The notes below the pieces were generated by a model that searched no databases, was not told the DNA's origin, and saw nothing but the letters and a program-made list of their open reading frames with translations. Position numbers and translations under genes: made by a program. From the NCBI GenBank assembly GCA_030525455.1, contig JAUNER010000007.1, positions 23,110 to 87,109 on the forward strand: 64,000 nt of DNA, in the 5' to 3' direction. Source of the DNA: Akkermansia sp. GTDB taxonomy: Bacteria > Verrucomicrobiota > Verrucomicrobiia > Verrucomicrobiales > Akkermansiaceae. Positions 59,008 to 64,000 of the stretch are shown here, piece by piece; the first letter of the stretch is position 1, and every line of letters begins with the position of its first letter.

Positions 59008-60264
59008 TTATGAAATTGCGGTGGGTTCTGGTAGATTCTCTTCGTCTTTAGTAGGAAGAGTTTCGGATTTTTTCCAGATGTAGCGTTTGTAAAGAACTTT
59101 AATGGCGGCTGTGAGTGGAACAGCGAGCAGGGCTCCGGTTAACCCTCCTAATATGAGTGTCCAGATAAGTACAGAAAACATAACGGTAAGCGGATGTAAG
59201 CCTACGGAATCACCAACGATTTTTGGTTGAATAATCCATCCATCAAATTGATTACAAGCAAGGAAGATGCCTGATACTATGAGAACGTGTTGGAAGTCCC
59301 CCCAAGTAAACCAGGCAAGAAGAACGGCCGGAACAAAAGCACTAATGATGCCAAGGTAAGGAACAATACCCAACACGCAAATGGCCGCACCAATGGTAAT
59401 GGCATAGGGAAGTCCAAGTATTTTTAGACAAATGGCAATCATGATACCCTCGATGATGCTTACCAACATTTGCCCGCGGAAGAAAGAAATAAGGTAGCCG
59501 TTAATTTCTTCCATCGTTTCCACTACGTCTCCGCGGAATTTTGAGGCTTTCAAAGGTAAGATACTGGACCATTTTTCTTTGATTTTATCTGCCTCCAGTA
59601 AGAAATAGAATAAGAAAATAGGAGTAATTAATGCACTAATGGAAATTCCTATGGAACTGTAAATAGCTCGTCCACCAGAAGTCATCCAAGATAAGATACG
59701 CTCCATATAAAAGCCAGAATTAATGGTCATGTATGCACCTAGTTGTTCACGAGGCGTGGTAGCCTCGCGTAGTTGTTTTTGTTCTTCTGGTGTATAATTG
59801 GCAGTATTTATTTCACGCAGACTTGTTTTGTAGATATTATCAATCGTGCGTGCAATAAATGGAATTTCTATAGTAGAGTTTACCAGCTCAGATGTTTGAT
59901 TCCAGAGTTGAGTGCGATTATCTATCAATTCATCCGTTTGTTTGATAAGGGGAGGAAGAATAGTAAAACCAAAAGCAATGACTGCTCCAACGGTAGTTAA
60001 CATTACTGTGATAACTGCCCAGGTGTGAGAAAATTTGTGTTTGACTAACCATGAAACGAATGGCTCAAGTAAGTATGCCAGAACTCCTGCAACAAGGATG
60101 GGTAAAAGTACCGGCTCCAGATAAGCCAAGATTTGTGTAATGCCATAAATGGAGAAAATGCCAATAGCGATGAGGGTTAAAATGGCAATTCCGGTTAGGG
60201 CATTCCAGCAGGTTTTTTTCTGAAAAACGGAAGGGTATTTAGATGTTTCGGTGGGGGTGTTCAT
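59008..60264 (-). CDS. AI-2E family transporter
   Basis: Multi-TM protein with FFRGQ, VPYLG, QPKIVG..VGLHP. Confidence 0.9.
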   Translation of the reverse strand: MNTPTETSKYPSVFQKKTCWNALTGIAILTLIAIGIFSIYGITQILAYLEPVLLPILVAGVLAYLLEPFVSWLVKHKFSHTWAVITVMLTTVGAVIAFGFTILPPLIKQTDELIDNRTQLWNQTSELVNSTIEIPFIARTIDNIYKTSLREINTANYTPEEQKQLREATTPREQLGAYMTINSGFYMERILSWMTSGGRAIYSSIGISISALITPIFLFYFLLEADKIKEKWSSILPLKASKFRGDVVETMEEINGYLISFFRGQMLVSIIEGIMIAICLKILGLPYAITIGAAICVLGIVPYLGIISAFVPAVLLAWFTWGDFQHVLIVSGIFLACNQFDGWIIQPKIVGDSVGLHPLTVMFSVLIWTLILGGLTGALLAVPLTAAIKVLYKRYIWKKSETLPTKDEENLPEPTAIS

Positions 60265-60296
60265 GATGCGTGAATTTGTAGAAAGGATTAGATAAA

Positions 60297-61526
60297 TTAA
60301 TTGGGTTGAGATTCTAGTGAATTTAGTTGTTTTAGATGTTTTTCAAATTCTTCTTCGGTGATTGCTTCCGGGGTGGGGTAGTATTCTCCTGCCGGTGGTG
60401 CATCTGGAACTTCCCAATGAATGTGATGTTGTTTCCCATTGCGAAGAATGATAATATGGGCTTTCGCTCCGTGCTGTGTGGTAATGTAGTCTATGAGATC
60501 CTGATATGGTTTTTTTCGACCATTGATAGAGACGAGCGTGTCTCCGGTACGCAGACCATTATCCCAAGCAGGTGACCATTTTGCAACGTAAGCTTTCATA
60601 GGACCAGAACCATCGCTATTGGGGATGAATGTACCCCCCATGATATTAAGCATTTGAGGTGGTGGAGTAGCGTAAGTTTTTGAACTGAAGTAGAGGGTAT
60701 TACCTGGACCATCAATCCAAAATTCGCGGTCGGCAAGAGCTCCAATACCTAGAATAATATCTATGTCTTCGGGAATGCCGATAACGTTTGGGTTTGCAAA
60801 ACTCTCACAGAGTAAAACATTTTTTAGTTTCAGAGATCCGAGCTCGAATGAATGGACGTGCATACATTCGTGTGCATAATATCCCCCAGCGGCAGGGCTA
60901 TAGCCGGAATAAACGCTCACAAAGGCATCCGGATAAGCTAATTTGATGGCATTCCAGCGTTTCTTTGAAATGTAAACAGCATGGGGGGCTCCGGTGTCTA
61001 AAATGATACGACGCTTTAGTGAGTCGTTTAGTTGCGGATAATCAGAGTTTGGAACGAGTTTGATGGCATTCCACTTTTTTATGTGTTTTGGAAGCTTGTT
61101 AAAAAATCTGTGTTTTGCTTGAGGGAAATTGATATTCCAGACGTATTTTCGGATGCTTTTCCAGCCGATAAGACCATCGTATGGGGCTTGTTCTACCATG
61201 ACGACGTCTTGTTTGTTTTCAATAGGGGGAGCACCTTGTTTGAGAGAAATGGGGATGTAGGCATGACGCATCATTCCTTTACCACGGATTCGGTAGTTAA
61301 GGGATTCTACTGCCGGGGAAAACATTAGAGATGATTGAACAGCCCCTGTATCTACCCCCATCATGAGTTGAGTATCATCGTTCCATGCAATAGCAATAGG
61401 AGTGCCCTCGAGAGGTGTGGTGGCCTCAATGGGGGGGCTGGTGCTGTCCAGAACAGGTTTTTGGGAGGTACAGCCGATTAGGAGCATGGTGCAACTAATA
61501 GCTACTATGAAATTCGGACGAAACAT
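60297..61526 (-). CDS. Lipoprotein with two retropepsin-like aspartyl-protease domains and a PDZ domain
   Basis: Lipobox LLIG-C, VDTGA and LDTGA motifs, C-terminal SPAW..GLRTGDTLVSING. Confidence 0.75.
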   Translation of the reverse strand: MFRPNFIVAISCTMLLIGCTSQKPVLDSTSPPIEATTPLEGTPIAIAWNDDTQLMMGVDTGAVQSSLMFSPAVESLNYRIRGKGMMRHAYIPISLKQGAPPIENKQDVVMVEQAPYDGLIGWKSIRKYVWNINFPQAKHRFFNKLPKHIKKWNAIKLVPNSDYPQLNDSLKRRIILDTGAPHAVYISKKRWNAIKLAYPDAFVSVYSGYSPAAGGYYAHECMHVHSFELGSLKLKNVLLCESFANPNVIGIPEDIDIILGIGALADREFWIDGPGNTLYFSSKTYATPPPQMLNIMGGTFIPNSDGSGPMKAYVAKWSPAWDNGLRTGDTLVSINGRKKPYQDLIDYITTQHGAKAHIIILRNGKQHHIHWEVPDAPPAGEYYPTPEAITEEEFEKHLKQLNSLESQPN

Positions 61527-61581
61527 GGAAATGCTAACCTTTTAACAGATAAATCAGGGAATGACAAGCATTCTATTGAAT

Positions 61582-63165
61582 TTAGCCTGCTGATTTTGCC
61601 TTGCGATTTAATTTGTTTATCAAGGCATGAAGTTCAGGGCTACGAAGCATATAGGCTAGTCCCAGATAGGAGATGCCCCCAAAGGCACAAGCCGCTATTA
61701 ATGCAGAACCGCGGTAGAAGATGTTCCAAGTGAGGAAATCCGTGAATAGATAGGATTTAGCTACCCAGCAAATAAGAGCTAGTGGGATTGCTGCCAGACA
61801 GATTTTTAGTAGTCCGGGAATGAGATTCTTTTCGTCCATGTTTCCGAGTTTTTTTCGGAGATAGCCAAAGTAGAATAGGAAGTTAAAGGTCGTGACAATG
61901 GATGTCGTCAATGCCAACCATGAGGCATCTGCGTGTAGGTAATAGACGAAGTAATAGTTTAAGCCAATACTAATGCAGAGTGAAATGGAGGCAACAATGA
62001 GAGGAACCCAGCGTTTTTCTAAAGCTAAAAATAGGGGTTGCACTACTTTTGAGCCAGCATACCCAAGTAACCCGATAGAATAGGCAGAAAGAACTGACCC
62101 TGTATAGTAAACGGCATCTGAATCAAAGGCACCCCATTGGTAAACGGTGGAAATGACTTCTGTCCCTAGTATCGCAAGTATGACAAATGCAGGAATTGCA
62201 AAAAATGCTACTAAACGGAGTGCTTCTGCTATATGAGAGGGTACTTTTTGTTTTTCTGCCGGATTGACCATCATCCGAGAAATTGCCGGTAAAACAACCA
62301 TTCCCGTGGCTACTCCAAACAGCCCGACCGGTAATTGCCAAATGCGAAATGCCGTTGTGAGGGCTGTGACTGAGCCTTCTTGTAGGTCAATGGCAAAGCC
62401 TGTATTGATAAAAACGGTAAATTGGGTAATCCCAGAGGCCATAATGGCCGGGAGTGTAAGTCCCCAGATTTTTCTTATTTTTTCATCTTTCCAATGGAAG
62501 TTCGGAGAAAATCGAAAGCCTTTTTGTCGTAGTTTAGGAATTTGAACAAATAGTTGGGCTACGCCACCAAGGGTAACACCAATGGCAAAACCATAAAGTG
62601 CATCAGGTCCAAAATTGGGGTCCATCCAGTATCCTATGAGGAGCCCCATAAGAACTGAGGTAACATTAAATGCGGCAGAGGCAAGCATAGGTAAGCCAAA
62701 AACCCCAAATGTATTTAGGGCTCCCATGCTTAGAGCGGCTAGAGAAGCCAACCCGATAAACGGCCACATATAGCGACTTAGTTCTGTTGCCAGTTGTTGG
62801 TTTGCAGGTGAAGAATTTTGACCATAAAGGAGGTCCATAAGCGGTCCCGCAAAGCAAATCCCTAAGGTGATGATGACGGTCATCAGCGTGCTAAGCTGAG
62901 TCATCAGTCGGTTGGTGAGTACCCAGGTGGCACTGTCTCCATCTGTCTCTTTTGTTTTACTAGCTACGCTGGTGTAGGATTGAGATAATGCCCCCTCAGC
63001 GAATAAATCGCGGAGGAGGTTGGGAACGCGAAATGCGGTATAAAATGCGTCTAATGCTCCCGTAGCTCCGAAAAGTGAGAGAAAAACAATTTCTCTGACC
63101 ATGCCGGTCATGCGACATGCAAAGATGGCAGCGGAAGTTATTAAACTATTTTTTAGTAAAGACAT
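61582..63165 (-). CDS. murJ: Lipid II flippase MurJ/MviN
   Basis: R..G.VRE, AFRVPNLLRDLFAEGALS, QLPVGLFG. Confidence 0.93.
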   Translation of the reverse strand: MSLLKNSLITSAAIFACRMTGMVREIVFLSLFGATGALDAFYTAFRVPNLLRDLFAEGALSQSYTSVASKTKETDGDSATWVLTNRLMTQLSTLMTVIITLGICFAGPLMDLLYGQNSSPANQQLATELSRYMWPFIGLASLAALSMGALNTFGVFGLPMLASAAFNVTSVLMGLLIGYWMDPNFGPDALYGFAIGVTLGGVAQLFVQIPKLRQKGFRFSPNFHWKDEKIRKIWGLTLPAIMASGITQFTVFINTGFAIDLQEGSVTALTTAFRIWQLPVGLFGVATGMVVLPAISRMMVNPAEKQKVPSHIAEALRLVAFFAIPAFVILAILGTEVISTVYQWGAFDSDAVYYTGSVLSAYSIGLLGYAGSKVVQPLFLALEKRWVPLIVASISLCISIGLNYYFVYYLHADASWLALTTSIVTTFNFLFYFGYLRKKLGNMDEKNLIPGLLKICLAAIPLALICWVAKSYLFTDFLTWNIFYRGSALIAACAFGGISYLGLAYMLRSPELHALINKLNRKAKSAG

Positions 63166-63170
63166 TGCTC

Positions 63171-64000
63171 TTATCTAAAGAGTTGTCTGCAATAGGGTTC
63201 AATACTCTTCATTGCCGGATTTGCAGAAACAGCCGCATCTCTATCTTCCTTTGATTCAAAGAGGTAGAGAGCATATCCACCGTGCCCACCACCTAGGTAT
63301 TTCTTCCCGATAGATTTTGGTACATCTGGTAATGCCTTCATCCCTTCATCGAGTTGTACACTGTAGTAGAGAGCGACGCCTGCGGCAAGTGTATTGATGT
63401 TTCTTTCCAGAACCCCTGTGCGGGCAATGAGAGATGATTGGGCAATGCGTACATAATCACGGTCTTCGTCTGCCATTTTCGGGGTGTTGTGTTCACTCCC
63501 TGTGTAGAGAATAGCCATGCGTCCCTCTAAAAAGTCGCCTGTGCCTTTGACGTCTAGAACGGGAGTCGCCCCGGAACGCCATACACAGAGACCTGTTTCT
63601 GCAATGACTGCCGGGTCTTGCCAGCCTACTCCAAGGTCGAGCTCTGATTGTATCGGGTCGCGACCCTCAAGCATTGCCCATGCCCCGCTACCGCCTAAAC
63701 CGGCTCGTTTTTCGTACGGCCAGTCACAGAGTGAAACCATCGGAGTAATGGCACAGTTGACAACGTATGCCCCCTCGCGTGCGTGACGCGGTACGTCTAA
63801 CCAACCACCTGCAAAGTCTACTCGAAGAGGAACTGCTGAAGGTGCCTTAATGCGGTTGACAAGCATTGTGGTAGACACCGGTTCAAATCGTGGCGGCGTT
63901 TTCGGAAGCACAACGTATTGGGCCCCAATGCGAGCACAAAGTTCTCGTTTGATGTCGCCATAGAGGTCGTCTTCTGTAACTGCCAGAATGTCCGGCTTTT
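63171..64000 (-). CDS. Nucleotidyltransferase + GHMP-kinase-like fusion, 5'-truncated by the window edge
   Basis: The frame is open to the edge (KPDILAVTEDDLYGDIKRELCARIGAQYVVLPKT, like a cytidylyltransferase C-terminus). PLRVDFAGGWLD, RAGLGGSGA and KYLGGGHGGY (GHMP motifs) follow. Confidence 0.7.
   Translation of the reverse strand, partial: KPDILAVTEDDLYGDIKRELCARIGAQYVVLPKTPPRFEPVSTTMLVNRIKAPSAVPLRVDFAGGWLDVPRHAREGAYVVNCAITPMVSLCDWPYEKRAGLGGSGAWAMLEGRDPIQSELDLGVGWQDPAVIAETGLCVWRSGATPVLDVKGTGDFLEGRMAILYTGSEHNTPKMADEDRDYVRIAQSSLIARTGVLERNINTLAAGVALYYSVQLDEGMKALPDVPKSIGKKYLGGGHGGYALYLFESKEDRDAAVSANPAMKSIEPYCRQLFR

Overview
This looks like a 64-kb chromosomal segment of an Akkermansia-like verrucomicrobium. 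The assignment is inferred from PEP-CTERM proteins, mucin-type GH20, GH181-like and sulfatase enzymes, and a verrucomicrobial type IV pilus/T2SS gene set. GC looks by eye to be in the mid-40s, lower than A. muciniphila. Most of the window is housekeeping or metabolic: gadB, cdaA, bioD, rph, menB, gltA, tsaB, trmL, smpB, rpoZ, rluE, ndk, recJ, hemL, rpsU, hldE-gmhA-gmhB, pilB-pilB-pilC-pilin, dusB, tRNA-Glu, gadC and murJ. I saw no integrase, transposase, cas gene or rRNA. The most unusual element is a ~1.07-kb non-coding array between gadB and cdaA (4168-5232). It has 3.3 units of ~320-355 bp, each with a conserved frame and a pair of inverted 28-nt REP-like hairpins bracketing an exchangeable insert, and the hairpin stems show compensatory base changes. 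Other notable items are an ankyrin gene flanked by 150-bp direct repeats carrying a promoter and ATG, followed by an HNH-like gene; an unannotated 50-aa mini-CdaR; an IdeS/Mac-like cysteine protease domain on a PEP-CTERM protein; an orphan phage ejection-like gene; and strong CCGG over-representation. All family assignments come from motif recognition by eye, with no database searches.
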